Assembly: GCA_032718475.1 (NCBI GenBank)
Contig: JAUCBJ010007777.1
Span: 1 to 64,000, forward strand
Direction: 5' to 3'
Source of the DNA: Nemertoderma westbladi
Lineage: Eukaryota > Animalia > Xenacoelomorpha
Length of the DNA stretch: 64,000 bases
Both the position numbers and the translations under genes were made by a program. The notes under the pieces were generated by a model, which saw only the letters and a program-made list of their open reading frames with translations, made no database searches and had not been told where the DNA came from. How positions within the stretch are numbered: position 1 is the first letter of the stretch; the number at the start of each line of letters is the position of its first letter. Shown here in pieces: positions 1 through 12,227 of the stretch.

Positions 1-130
1 GGGGGGGGGACAGGGTGACATTCCCCCATTACAATATCAACAATATACTCGAACAGCAACGAGAACACCGAACCCCCTGGACGAGAACAGGTCGTGCGAC
101 ACGGAAATATGGAGGGGGCCGTTAACCCCA

Positions 131-1069
131 ATGATATATCCGACGCAAAGGTCAACAGATAGGACGAACGGACCGCACCCAACGGCAGAATCTGTACACC
201 ATCCATCGAACCCATTGGAAGCACAGGCGATGGGAATGGCGATGCTAATCGATGCATTAAAGACCAGGATCGAGTTACCATCAGTCGAGCCATTTAAACT
301 CGATGGAAGTAGGCCGGAAGAATATCTGTAGTTTCGGCGCATGTACAGTAACGAGATATTAAGTAAGAACTTGACGCGGGCGGAGTGCCTAAAATATCTA
401 CAGGTGTATACGGGAGGCCCAGCATACGACATTGTGAGGCAGTACCAGGGCATCGAGGGCGGCTTCACGACAGCATGGCGGGCGCTAGACAGGGAATACG
501 GACACCCAGCCAAGATCATCTGGCAAACCCTGAGAGGTATAACATCGGGTGGCCTACAGGACAACCCCGTTAGCATAAAGACCTTTGCAAACAAGGTCGA
601 GAAGGCGTTAATCGTGTTAAAGACGCTAGACGCGCCATACGAACTCAACGCATCTAATAACATCACCACGATAGCGCAGGCACTGCCAATCTGGCTGCGG
701 AGCAAGTGGAGGAAGATTGCCTTCTCCACTCGAGAGAAGAAAGGTGCGGAGCCGGGGCTGGAGGAAATGTCAAACTTCCTCAACTACGAAGCCGAGTTGA
801 TAACAGACCCAGTCTATAGTGAGGATAGTTTGGGGAAGGCGCCAAAGACCGAATACAACGGGCCTGGACCCGAACATAATCCGACAGATCCATTCTCGAG
901 AGTAAGACAGTCGCTACCACACGCGGCCACACAGGGGGCTACAAGCCCACAGTTAGCTGGGAGTAGGGCCACACCGTGGCAGGGACAGAAAGAAAATAAC
1001 ACCATAAATAAAATAATCCCAACATACCCAGTAGGCCGAGTACAGACAACCAAAACACTAAATCGGTAG
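131..1069 (+). pseudogene. BEL/Pao Gag (DUF1759-like) with an in-frame stop at 329-331
   Basis: ORFs 131-331 and 341-1069 share a frame. LPSVEPFKLDGSRPEEY and CLKYLQVYTGGPA..AWRALDREYG..LPIWLRSKW align by eye with the Gag regions of the other two elements in the window. Confidence 0.8.
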
Positions 1070-1164
1070 ATATAAACCTACGCGCGATACGTGAAGGACT
1101 ATATAGGGAACGCTATAATCCAGGATTCGAATGTCAATTACATCGGGACGGAACCCATAAGACC

Positions 1165-2167
1165 ATGAGTTGTAAGCACTGGCAAGCGTTGCCCAAACAA
1201 GATCGTATAGCCTACACAGACGCAAACGGACTATGTCATCGATGTGTGGTAGAAGGACACAGATCCGGAGAGTGTAGAGAAACAAGAGAGTCCGAGACTG
1301 GAGGCCAAACAATGGCTACAAGCATGACAGCAGTGGGAAGAAAGAGGAAAGTACTACTCGGGGTAGTACCAGTAAAGATATCAGGAGAGGGCGGTCGATC
1401 AGTTACGACATTAATGCTGGTCGACAGCAGTCAAACAATATACATTCCTGGACGGTATCGATTTCTCAATACCAGAGGTGGACGTTAGGAAGGTATCCAT
1501 CATAGTAGGAATGGACTGCCCGACGGCCCACGAGAGAACACAGACGGTCTTCGGCGAAGACAGGCAGCGGGACCCGACGGCGATCCTCACGCCGTTCAGA
1601 TGGACGCTTAGCGGCCCAGTTAAAACCAAGATTCCATCCAGGGTGACGGAGACATCAGGGTGCATGTTACCAGGCACTGTAGACACGGAGGTCGAAGAGG
1701 AGAAACAGGAGATAGTAGAGCCAGACAGGGAAGAAACAGTAAGAGAGTGGGCGGAGGAGAATGGATTTCCCAGCAAGTATCGGTATGGAGATGGAGAGGA
1801 GCGGACGGCGAGATGTCCGGAGGAGTGTCCGGTGGAGTGTCAGGAGGAAAATAGTCCAGAGCAGTGTCTAGAGGAGTGTCCAGAGGAGTGTCCGGAAGAG
1901 ATGCCGGTCCGGTTGAGAGGCATACCAACAAGGGCGAGCTCGAGTAGGAAGACAGGATGGAAAGGGATAGGACTATTGTTGTACCTTCTGTTTTGCCTGT
2001 TCTTTCACTTTCTATTCATTCTGCCGCCGGGAGATAACAAGGTGGGAGGTGGCATTTTGATGCCAGGAGACGAGAAAGTTAAGAAGGCGGCGGAGAGACC
2101 CGATTTCAGGGTGGCAGAAGAGAGAGAACCAATTCCTGGTGAGTTGGAATTGATGGAGAGAGTGTAG
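1165..2167 (+). pseudogene. Frameshifted Gag zinc-knuckle/protease remnant followed by a low-complexity, hydrophobic tail
   Basis: CHRC..GH...C knuckle, VVPVKI..LVDS protease core, IIVGMDC..TPFRWTLSGP, then EECP repeats and one hydrophobic stretch. No RT motifs. Confidence 0.65.
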
Positions 2168-2273
2168 CGAAGAATAAGAGGACGTATAAAGGAGGCAGTG
2201 GGAGAGTGCCTACTGGAAAAAGGGGCACTTCAGAGTTAAGTCGTCCAATGTGTTGGACTGAGGGGGGTGGGAA

Positions 2274-3969
2274 TGAGGGCGAGACGCCCTTCCCACTCGA
2301 ATAAGAATAAAATAATTATTTAAATAAAAATAATTAAATAATTAAATAATAAAATAATAAAATAGAAGTAGAAGGTAGAGAGTAAGTAGTTAGAAGATAG
2401 TTAGGTTAGAAGTCGGCGGGTAACGGAGTGTGGCATATTGTCATGCCACGAGTAGTAGTAGGTGGTTGTGGGCACCGGAATCGCCACGTAGAAGTAGTAG
2501 CAGAGAGAGGTTGTGGGCACCGGAAGCGCCACGTAGATGGAGGTAGTAGCAGAGGGGTTGTGGGCACCCTAAGCGCCACGTAGTTAGAAGAGTTGGCAAG
2601 AGTAGCAGAAGGGTTGTGGGCACTCTAAGCACCACGTAGTTAGCGGAGTAGAGGTAGTAGAGTTAGAGGAAGTAGAGGTAGTATCAGAGTAGGTGGAAGT
2701 AGTAAGAGAGTGGTTGTGAGCACCGCAAGCGCCACGAAGATAGAGGTGGTAGCAGAGTTAGAGGTAGCAGTAGAGATAGAGTTAGTAGAGAGTTAGAGAG
2801 TTCTAGTTATTAGAGTTAGTAGAAAGTTAGAGGTTTTTAGTTAGAGCTAGAAGTAGTAAGAGTTAGTAGACTTAGTAGAGTTAGGAGTTAGAGACTTAGA
2901 AGAGTTAGTAGGAGTTAGACTTAGTAGAGCTAGTTAGAGTCGGAGAGTTAGTAGAGAGTAAGATAGTTAGATAGTTAGCAATTTAGATAAGGTAGATAGT
3001 ATGATAGCACAGGGGTAGTATTAGAGATTGGGGCCTTAGGGAGTGGCAGAGAGTAGAGAGGAGTATGGAGAGGTGCTGCTGGCGAGAAAGAGTGCAGGAG
3101 AGTGCGATTCAGGTGTGGGGAGAGAGTAAGAGCGGAGTTCGAGTGGAGGAGTTAGAGCGGAGTTAGAGTGGTGAGAGTGTTGGGGAAACAAAAGTTGTAT
3201 GAAAGAAGCGCACGATCGGCCCGACACGAGACGCCAGAGGGTAGTGACATCATACCCATAGGGAGCGGCCTGGAAAGCCGACTCCAAGAAAAAAAAATAA
3301 CTCCACCCCACACCCGATAGTAGATCGAGTTTCCAGCGGAATTTAAGCGCACTTGAGGTTGATGCTATCTTCTCACCGGGAAGATAGCATGGGGAGAGTG
3401 TGAGCATATTCAATTCCGCCACATCAACCCCTATAAAGTGGGAAAGAGCGCCCTAAGCAATATTGGGAACACGAGGTTGATTGCCAATATCAACCTCGTG
3501 TCACCCCAATAAAATGGGAAGGAGAAACCCCAGAGAACATACACACAATGGGGGTCAGAGGTTAACCTCCAAGAGAAGGAGAGAATGACAGCAGCATGGG
3601 GAGAACACTCCCAGGGAGGTGAGGGTGAGAAGTGAGTTATTAGCCAATGGGGGGAAGGCATCAACTGAGTGACGTAACGCGGCCAACCGTGCAATATATA
3701 TTACCAGTAACCGTGTAATTCATTCACTTGTAGTAAGTCAGTACCGGAACTCTAATCACCATCTCCGTCTACTGTCAGTAATATATCATCATTTACCAGT
3801 AACTTTGCTTTCAATAACATTCACTTCAGTAATTGCTATATTGTACTATTATACCCTTGAAACTATATACACCGATCAATCAATAACTCTTTCCATCTTT
3901 TCACATACACACGGCGGGGACGCGTAGACTAGAAACCGGATAAACCGGGATCCTCGGTGGATCCCGTCA
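2274..3969 (+). repeat. Probable 3' LTR (about 1.7 kb) of the first element, with about 51-bp internal repeats at 2445-2750 and a purine-rich low-complexity tract
   Basis: Starts TGAGGG immediately after the PPT and ends CCCGTCA (imperfect terminal inverted repeat). The partner LTR lies outside the window, so the ends are inferred. Confidence 0.5.
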
Positions 3970-4619
3970 CAATTGTGAAAATCTAATGATTTTTAATGCT
4001 AATGCTAATGATTTAAGGCTTTTTTATAATGAGTATAAGTAGGTTATCGGTGAAAGTAATGTACAAATGCACACATGTCCAACCAGATACTATATAACAT
4101 TGGATGTGTCTCAATGATTCCCCCAAGTTTGACTCTAGAACAAATCATCCTCCGCTTTGTATGACATTGTTTTCGCCGTGAGGACAGCCTGTGCACAATC
4201 GAGTGCTTTGGCAGCCCCATGGAGAAAATAAGTGTGGTGGACATCAGCCCATGACTTTAGTGAGACGCCTCCTAAAGGATACTGGCCTTGAAGATGCGGA
4301 TTATCTCGCGAAAGGCATATGGGTGATAGGGAGTCGTGGCGGAGCAACTTTGTTGAGTTTTTATAAGCAGACATAACAGTAACATTCTTAATGCACGCTG
4401 CATTAGGGTTGTCAATTGTGGATTGCATGGTGGAAAATGATTTTGTTAAGCCGGCATAGCATCTCAATGTTCAGTTTCAATGCAGCAGGTCGATTATACA
4501 GGAGTACTGTAGTATATATGTAGTAGGTGAATGTAACCTGCTCTTTTCCCTTAATGTTTATAACGGTTATGTCGGTTGTCTGATGTCGGCTGTCGACGTA
4601 GCTTTTACACCAAGTAAAG

Positions 4620-4970
4620 GTGGTCGGTATATCTCTGAATCGCATTGGTATAGCTTAGAATAGGTCGGTAAATAATAGGCCGGTGTTAGCTCGGTATAGG
4701 CTGATAGGTCGGTGTAGGCCGGTGTTAGCTCGGTATAGGTCGGTGTAGCTCTGAATTGCATTGTTATAGCTTGGTATAGGACGGTATAACTCTGTATTGT
4801 ATTGTTATAGCTCAGTATGCAGTATCGGTCGCTATACCTTTTTAAGAGTCATTTTATAGGTTGGTACTGTATAACTTTGGTATAGATCGGTAGGTATAAA
4901 CTGTAGTTCGGTAGTAGATCTGTATAGTTCGGTATAAATCGGTATAGCTCGGTATAGGTCGGTAAACCTT
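4620..4970. repeat. Degenerate about 10-bp tandem repeat (CGGTATAGCT-like)
   Basis: Recurrent ggtatagctc/ggtgtagg units visible in the sequence. Confidence 0.6.
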
Positions 4971-5756
4971 TTAGTATAGTAGGTACCGCTCCAGATATAC
5001 AGTACTATAGTAACTGTACTACAGCACAACATGTACAGTAGTTGTGTTGTAGTGTGTTGGAAATTTATGTAGCTGAAATATTGCTAGGCAACGTTATCAA
5101 CTGGGTTCTTACTCTGCTGCATTGTTTGTAATGGTTGCGATTTCGTAATTTATTGGCCTATTACTGTATTACAATATTGCCGGTAGCGGTACCGCGGTAG
5201 GCCTACACTACAATAGTTAAGCAGTCAAGGATGCCAAGGTGTCTCTATACTGCTATGGCTATGCCCATAAAGTATTCTGATATTCCGGGTAGGGTACCGG
5301 TACTGTATTACCTATTACGGGATTGATTACGCCTATTGTATTTACCTGTTACCAAGGACTACTATACTACAGGACTGCATGACTATGACTGGCACACCCC
5401 TTCATCCGACTTCGCTAGCGAAGTCCATTGGTTTGGTATTGCTTTATACTGTTATAGCTTATAGACATTGTTACCAAAGGATTTTCATGAAATTTAGTAC
5501 ACACTCGTAATTATTAATAACATATATATTTTGATGTTAAGAAATAAAGAACGAGTGCAGCGAGGCTTTTAACAAAGGGGACGAGTGTTGTATACTAGAC
5601 GTAGTATAGTAGTCCTTGCCTGTTACTTGATTAGGCCTACCTGCCTACAGGATTACTGTATTCAAATTAGCAGTACCAGTAAGAATACCATTACTGTATT
5701 ACCTGTCGGTAATAGTCTACTAACTTTTAATTTAACAGCTTAAACAATACTGCAAT

Positions 5757-6863
5757 ATGTCCACCACTAAAGCACCTGTCACTAAATCCAAGAAGAGGGC
5801 GCCCCACCCGGTCTCCGGTCGCTTATCCCGCTCCTCTCGCGCTGGTGTTTACTTTCCAGTCTCCAGGGTAATGCGTTATCTGCGGCAGTCTTTTGGACGC
5901 AGGGTCCGTATTAGCGCTGGCACACCGGTATACCTCGCCGCTGTTCTAGAATACGTTTCCGCCGAGGTCCTGGAATTGGCTGGGAACGCAGCGAAGGCCA
6001 ACAAACGCTGGCGGATAACTCCGCGACACATCCTACTAGCGGTAGCGAACGATGTTGAATTGCACGAAATGTTACGCGACGTTACCATACCGCAAGGTGG
6101 CGTTCTACCCCGCATAGCCCCCGAGTTATTATTAACAAAAAAAAGATTACCAGTTAATAAACAAAAAAATATTTCCGCGATACCGGTAGCAGTTAATAAA
6201 AAAGCGACTAAAAAAAGCATTTCAATAAAAAAACCTATTGCTGCTAAGAAAACAGTTGCTGGTGCGACTAGATTAGGACCTTCTAGAACACCGTTTACAG
6301 TACTAGGAGAACGTACCCTAGGCAATGGGCAACGACTAATGGTAGTCCAGGGCGACATAACAGATGTTGTCTGCGACGCTATTGTCCACCCGTCTAGCTC
6401 TTCCCTTAGTCTAGGCGGACAGGTAGGCTGTCGGTTATCAACGGTAGGTGGCGCTGCTTTCCACAAGGGTCTGGATGAGGCGCGGGGGCAGCTGCGTGGT
6501 GGCTCGTTGCCTAGTAACGGGGCGGTTATCTCCCCGGGTTGTAACTTCGGCGCCGGTCACGTGATCCACGCCAACGGGCCCGGGAGTTGGTCTCAGGCGG
6601 CGGGCGGCGCGCTGACCGCCACCGTGGCTAGTTGTCTCGCTGTGGCCGTGGGGAACGGGTTGACTAGCATTGCGTTCCCGTGTATCGGGGCGGGGAACGC
6701 CGGGTTCCCCAAACAGGAAGCGGCTCAGGTAATCCTGAGGAGTTTGAGCGAGTACTTTAAATCGGAAAAAACTCCAGGTTGCCTCCGTAGTATTTACTTT
6801 GTTCTTTACGACCAAGAAACCATCGATATATATATTACTGAGCTGAGAAGATTGATGGATTAA
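5757..6863 (+). CDS. macroH2A: Core histone macro-H2A (H2A fold, basic linker, macrodomain), intronless CDS
   Basis: [66 protein letters not shown] (H2A), a Lys-rich linker, and [41 protein letters not shown] (macrodomain). AATAAA at about 6954; acceptor-like tttaacag at about 5738. Confidence 0.96.
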   Translation: MSTTKAPVTKSKKRAPHPVSGRLSRSSRAGVYFPVSRVMRYLRQSFGRRVRISAGTPVYLAAVLEYVSAEVLELAGNAAKANKRWRITPRHILLAVANDVELHEMLRDVTIPQGGVLPRIAPELLLTKKRLPVNKQKNISAIPVAVNKKATKKSISIKKPIAAKKTVAGATRLGPSRTPFTVLGERTLGNGQRLMVVQGDITDVVCDAIVHPSSSSLSLGGQVGCRLSTVGGAAFHKGLDEARGQLRGGSLPSNGAVISPGCNFGAGHVIHANGPGSWSQAAGGALTATVASCLAVAVGNGLTSIAFPCIGAGNAGFPKQEAAQVILRSLSEYFKSEKTPGCLRSIYFVLYDQETIDIYITELRRLMD

Positions 6864-8277
6864 TTAACTCTAATCGTCACTATAAATAGTTTAACTATTA
6901 ATTGAATTTCTCTATTAGAACTTCAAAGAAACTAAATTGTTAGTGTATAGTACAATAAATACAAAATACGAAAAAGTATATTTAATTAATAATTATTCAA
7001 ATTTTAAATGTGGGTAATTATCCTATCTCCTCTCCTCCTAAAATGTTGTAAATGTTATTTGACCCTCAGCTGTTTACCACCTGTAGGTACGGATTTACTA
7101 TCGCGTTGTTTGTTGGTTCTATAGATAACATGATATTTTGAGTAACTCATCTGCTCGAATTAGGAGCCTGGCGTTTTATTTTACATATTTTTTCATAATA
7201 TTCCTAATTTTATACTTCGAGGGGATACAATTTGAATCTAGAATCCAATATGGTAATGGCATTTGAAAGAATAATTACTTATTTCCCTGTTTGGCCTACA
7301 TGGGAAAAAGTAGAACTTTTTTCACTATTCTCGAGGCATTTTATTTACCGAACGTAGGCGAGGTTAATAAAGGGTCGAGAGAATATTGAAAAAAAATGTT
7401 CTACTTTTTTTTCCCATATAATGCGTAATTTTATTCTTAAATTGGTACTTTTTGTTGCTCAATTCTTTAATAAAATATAGAACGATATTAGTGTTGCAAA
7501 ATTAATTGAACTGTAGTATTTTACTATATTGCTTCCATAGTTACTGCGATTCTAATTATTGTACTCTTCAACTCCTAATGCTGCCTCACTCAATGTTAAA
7601 TAATTTAGTGTTCTCGAATATTTATTACGTAACTAGAGAGCCGCTTAACACCAACGAGTTCCTTTTTGGAGTTCGCCTTGTAGACGATAAAGTTGCAATA
7701 ACTATTGAGTGTGCGAATGGATTTTGCTCAAATTACTTGCAAACCTTTTCTACGTCGTTGCTCTTTCAACACGTTTCATGTAATAATATTTAAAAAATTC
7801 TATCAAAAATATTTACTTTTTCGCCGGGAAAAAAAGTAAAATCAATGCAATATTGTGGATTACTTATGGTACTTCTTTATCTCCCGATCTTGGGGATATT
7901 CGATCGAAAATGTAACAATTTAAGAATAAAAATATTTTCGTTTCAGTTGAGAGGTAAATTTTAATTTCATATCTTCTATTATTTTTATCTTAATTTATTT
8001 TTTAATTGTTTACTGTAATCTATAAATTTGCTTTGTTTGTGCTTAGTGTGTGTGTACATGTATTATAGTAAAGGCATATTGCACCGTGCTATTATAGTAA
8101 GTAGACAATACGCAATTATGTGATAGATTTATTAGTTTAGATAGTTTAGATTTAAATTTATATATATTTAATTAAATTTATATATATTTAACTTCGTATC
8201 AATAATATTGTTTATTTATTAAATAATTAATGATTTTTAAGGGAGGGGGTGGGGGGTAAACCATTTTTTTCCCAAAT

Positions 8278-10190
8278 TAAATTGGAGAGATACGCCTATT
8301 CCTACTATCGGAAGAGACGGTAACAATACCTGCAATATCCTACTGTAAAGTTTGTAAATCAAATCATAAATCCGACCTTCTCACCAAAACAGTAAACCCC
8401 AAGTAAGCGAATATATTGCAGTATCGATCTCTTTTAACCGGTGAGGCAGAAAACAGTCTACGAGCAGACAAACTTCGATAAAACAAAATCCCGCGCAGCG
8501 AATCCTAAAATCAGGCTGACTCACTGACGGACTAAAGGGCTCGTATACTTTGCCGCGGTGTGATTTATATGGTTGGGCAAAGGGACGCTAGCTAGGTATA
8601 GAGCAGATTTGGAGATGTCTAACTAGCGAGCAAAGTGCAGTAAGGACGAAAGTTAATTTTATATATTTGAGGTGTAAATAATTTCTAACGCGCGTGTGTT
8701 AATTCTGAACGGTCAAAGCAGTTTTGCTCCTTCACATATATAATTACTGGGTACGGTGTGCATTTTACGAATATTCTAATTTTATAACTTGTAGGTCCAA
8801 TACTCACGAATGATAAGGTTCCTTCCCCTCTTGCGTATTTCCAGGACTCAAATTCAGGCATAAGGTTAATACTACGCCCAGAATTCGGCAATTTTAGGTA
8901 CCAGGTCCCTGATACTAAGAAGAGATGTGTTAGTTTACTACTGTAGGCGTACGGGTACTAATAGCTATCCTGGCTCCTATCTAGAATTTTAGTCACCCAG
9001 GTAGTCCGGGTAACTTCCTATTAGGGCGTTGGCGGGGACACGGTAGATGTTAGTATATCCCTGATAGCCTCAATTTATTTGCGCCTAGCGTAAACTGCCC
9101 TACCGCCTGAACGGTACAATCCCAATTCAGGTGAAAACACAGCAACCCCCTAGCCTACAAGTTCTGATGTAACGGACACCGTTGTACGGCAAATAGTCGC
9201 ACACACACCTGTACTTAGCAAGAGTTAAGCGTACAGTTTGCTGCACCCTAACCAATGTGTATGCCTTGTACCGGTGTGCCTACGTCCTATCTGCGTACTA
9301 GTATCTGCTCTCTCTCCCTCTCCCCCCGTAGGAATATGAAGGTCTACTGCGGTTTTTCCCTGAATCAAGACAGTACAGTCCCTATGATGTAATTTTAGGC
9401 TTGCAGCGTGTCACTACGTCTACCTTTGATCTTTTGGTCTTACACTTAGGTAGCAAGGATCGAACGCTGTCTAACCTTTCAGGCGATGGGCGAATAACAC
9501 TAGATGGTATTGCGGGTTGTCTCTCGTCTACATTCCCGTGATGTTCCCGTTCATTGCTGCGGCCCGATCTCTAGCTGGCCATCCTGTCCCTGAGTTTGTT
9601 CACCGTAGTGAAACCATATTAAAACAGATAGAAAGGCTGAGAGATGTGACTAGTATTTCTGACTTTATTACAAAACATATAATAACTATTATACAATAAA
9701 CAATGTAATCTGAAATAAGACAGAAAGCGAATGATGGAAATTGCAGTGAATAACTAATGAACAAATCGCACCTTTATATACTAAATTTGTGCTGCAATCA
9801 ATCGAGAAAATTCTCGATTGTTCTATGGGTTCTAACAAGGTTTTAAAGATAGCTTATTGGTCCAGCTAATATATAACTTGCACGACATTGGTTACAATCA
9901 AATAACTACAGCCTTATTGGTACAGACAAATGCAATTAATTTGTAGCGGTTAATTTAAATGAGTTGAAATTCTGCACAAAAAATAATTCGCACTTACTAG
10001 GATTCGAACTCGATACCTACTACACATATAATTTCCAACGCTCTACCAACTGAGCTACTGAACCACTTGACCGATAGATGCATAATAGATAGAACCAATA
10101 CTAATGAGAACTCAAAGCAATCTTTACAAAGTTAATTCGAATAAAATAAAATTTTGAAAATCCACGGCATTTAGGGAATATAATTCTATA
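8278..10190 (-). repeat. 3' LTR (1913 bp)
   Basis: Near-identical to 22174-24083. Identity starts at TAAATTGGAGAG and ends at ATAATTCTATA. A short PPT-like GGAGCGG lies directly upstream on the minus strand (10191-10197). Confidence 0.93.
9978..10064 (-). ncRNA. tRNA-like Pol III cassette in the 3' LTR (A box, B box, T6 terminator)
   Basis: Minus strand reads GGTTCAG-TAGCTCAGTTGGTAGAGC (A box, intact D arm)...GAGTTCGAATCC (B box)...CGAATTATTTTTT. The acceptor and anticodon stems do not pair, so it is not a canonical tRNA. Confidence 0.6.
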
Positions 10191-12227
10191 CCGCTCCATG
10201 AAAACAGGATATTATCGTGCATAAAATATACGGTTTTCACCAATAATCAATCAAACTATAGAATACTTAGGGCGTACTTACATATTTACAATCAAATTTC
10301 AAACAATACTTCCTTTCTACGTAATGATTCGATACAAAATAATTACAAATTCAAACTTTACGTATTTAAGGCTTTACTAAGTAAGTACAATATAAATCTA
10401 AATTAAATTCACCAATATAAATCTATTGCATCTCAAATATTGCATAAATTCAAACAATTACAAATACAAATAAATGAAAACAATAAGAAAGGCTCGCGAG
10501 TCTTCCATCTACTATTGCATCTCAAATATTGCATAAATTCAAGTAATTACAAATACTTTCGTACCTAAATGTAGATTGCATAAGTTTGGAATAATTACAA
10601 ATATGAGTCTTTCTGAGCACAAAATTTTCTGTCTATAAAACTTTCTCTTTAGGTACAAATACTGCTTATAAAATATAAATTGCATAATATTCGGAACAAT
10701 ATAAATTGCATAAGTTTGGAATATAAATTGCATAAGTTCGGAATAATTACAAATATAAAATATAAATTCTTACTAAATATAGATCTTACTAAATATAAGT
10801 CTTTACTTAAATATAAATATAGACTGCATAAGTTTAGAATAATATAAACCTTTGCATCTCAAATATGAAACATAAATCTTTCAAATATAAGTTCCTTCTA
10901 AATATAAACTTTCTAAATTTCATAAATTCGGAACAATCACTTGTGTCCTTCTGGGCTCCTCCCCGAGGCGCACCCACGAGGCGGACACCTTTCCACCACC
11001 CCTGGGGCCAGTCCGACTGCTTGTTATTATCAGACCGGGCCGGAGGGTGGCCTGATGCTTCCCGGGTTCAATTTTCAATTCCCCGATCACACCAGCACAG
11101 CTCGTCGAACGTGTAGCCAGATGGGCGGCTACTGTCAACTTACTGTGGCCTGACTGTACATTGAGCCAACTCAAAGTATAACAAAGAGTCAACCGGCAGG
11201 TGGACCAGTCGATAGCGATCGAGCACCAAGGTCGCCCTTGGGCCTAACCGACGGTCTTGTCCCATGTGGGCTTGCGCTACCCAACATGGAATTTTGACTC
11301 GTTTTCACCTGCCTCGCCGGCAGTATTTAAAAAACAATACTGTCTGTAGCTCAAAAGCTACTGAACAAGTAACCACTTACCAGTCACTGTACACGTGTAC
11401 TCAACAGATGTTCACGAAATCAAGTACACAACGGTAAGCACAAAATCGAACACATACCATGCACACACAGAGACAAAATCGGGAAAGACAAAATCGGGGT
11501 CAAATCAGAAAGACAAAATCGGAAGGGACAAATTGTATCGATCGGAGGCAAATCGAGAGTACTTTATTTTACCGACAGGGTAAAATAACTTTGTGTGCAC
11601 AAAGTATGCTGGGGCGCAGTAAAGTATGGTCCTACTAATACCAGCGGCGTCTTGTCCAACTGGCAAGGGTTCCCATACCCACTCGCAGTGGCCACACATA
11701 CAATCACGTGTACTCACGTACCTACAGCAACAGAAAGCTCAAAGACCCGAACAAATCCCAAAGACCAATCAGCTGAACATGGAGACAATAACATATAGTA
11801 TCAAAAAAACGGAACAGCTGATGGCCAAAGGAACCCATCCAAGCCCCAAGCAAACTGCCACTGGTTGCTCACATACAAAACATAGTTCACACCACATGAG
11901 CCACAAATCACGCCATGCCACCACCCCTACTGTGTACAGGACTGGCAGTACGGCAACAGGCCGACTAGACGGTACCACGGCACCATGGCAATTCATGGTT
12001 CGCTAGACACGAGGGCCTTCAGTGACTCCCTAGCACTATATATGCGGATTTAACGTGCCCCCAGACCCTCACGAGTCCACCGCCGCCTGTTATTTGCACC
12101 CCTATAGAGACCTCACCTCTTTAGGTACAAATTACATAAGTTTTCTAAATATAAAACATATAATTCAAAATAAATCACAAATCATAAGAAAGGCCCACGA
12201 GTCTTACGTCCACCCTTGCCCTCCCTT

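Larger units (their letters stand above)
1..3969 (+). mobile_element. Decayed non-autonomous BEL/Pao LTR retrotransposon (Gag and protease remnants, no RT or integrase), cut by the left window edge
   Basis: BEL-type Gag motifs, zinc-knuckle remnant (LCHRCVVEGHRSGEC), protease remnant (VVPVKI..MLVDSS) and the BEL motif PTAILTPFRWTLSGP. A purine tract GAGGGGGGTGGGAA at 2260-2273 is followed by a TG...CA segment. Confidence 0.8.

Noticed and set aside
37-783. Long antisense ORFs over gag, pol and macroH2A (also 5876-6466, 54252-54683, 58094-58738, and the same-strand alternative frame 18829-19572)
   Set aside because: Shadow frames of real coding or repeat sequence with no motifs of their own.
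4020-4560. Short ORFs as candidate PPIP5K exon or other gene
   Set aside because: No recognisable motif or consistent splice structure in hand translations.
7200-7935. Possible MITE with inverted ends at about 7428 and 7930
   Set aside because: Short AT-rich inverted match with no clear TSD, too weak to call.
9978-10064. Functional tRNA gene, or an element-encoded primer for the PBS
   Set aside because: The acceptor, anticodon and T stems do not pair, and the predicted 3' end is not complementary to GTAGGAATATG.
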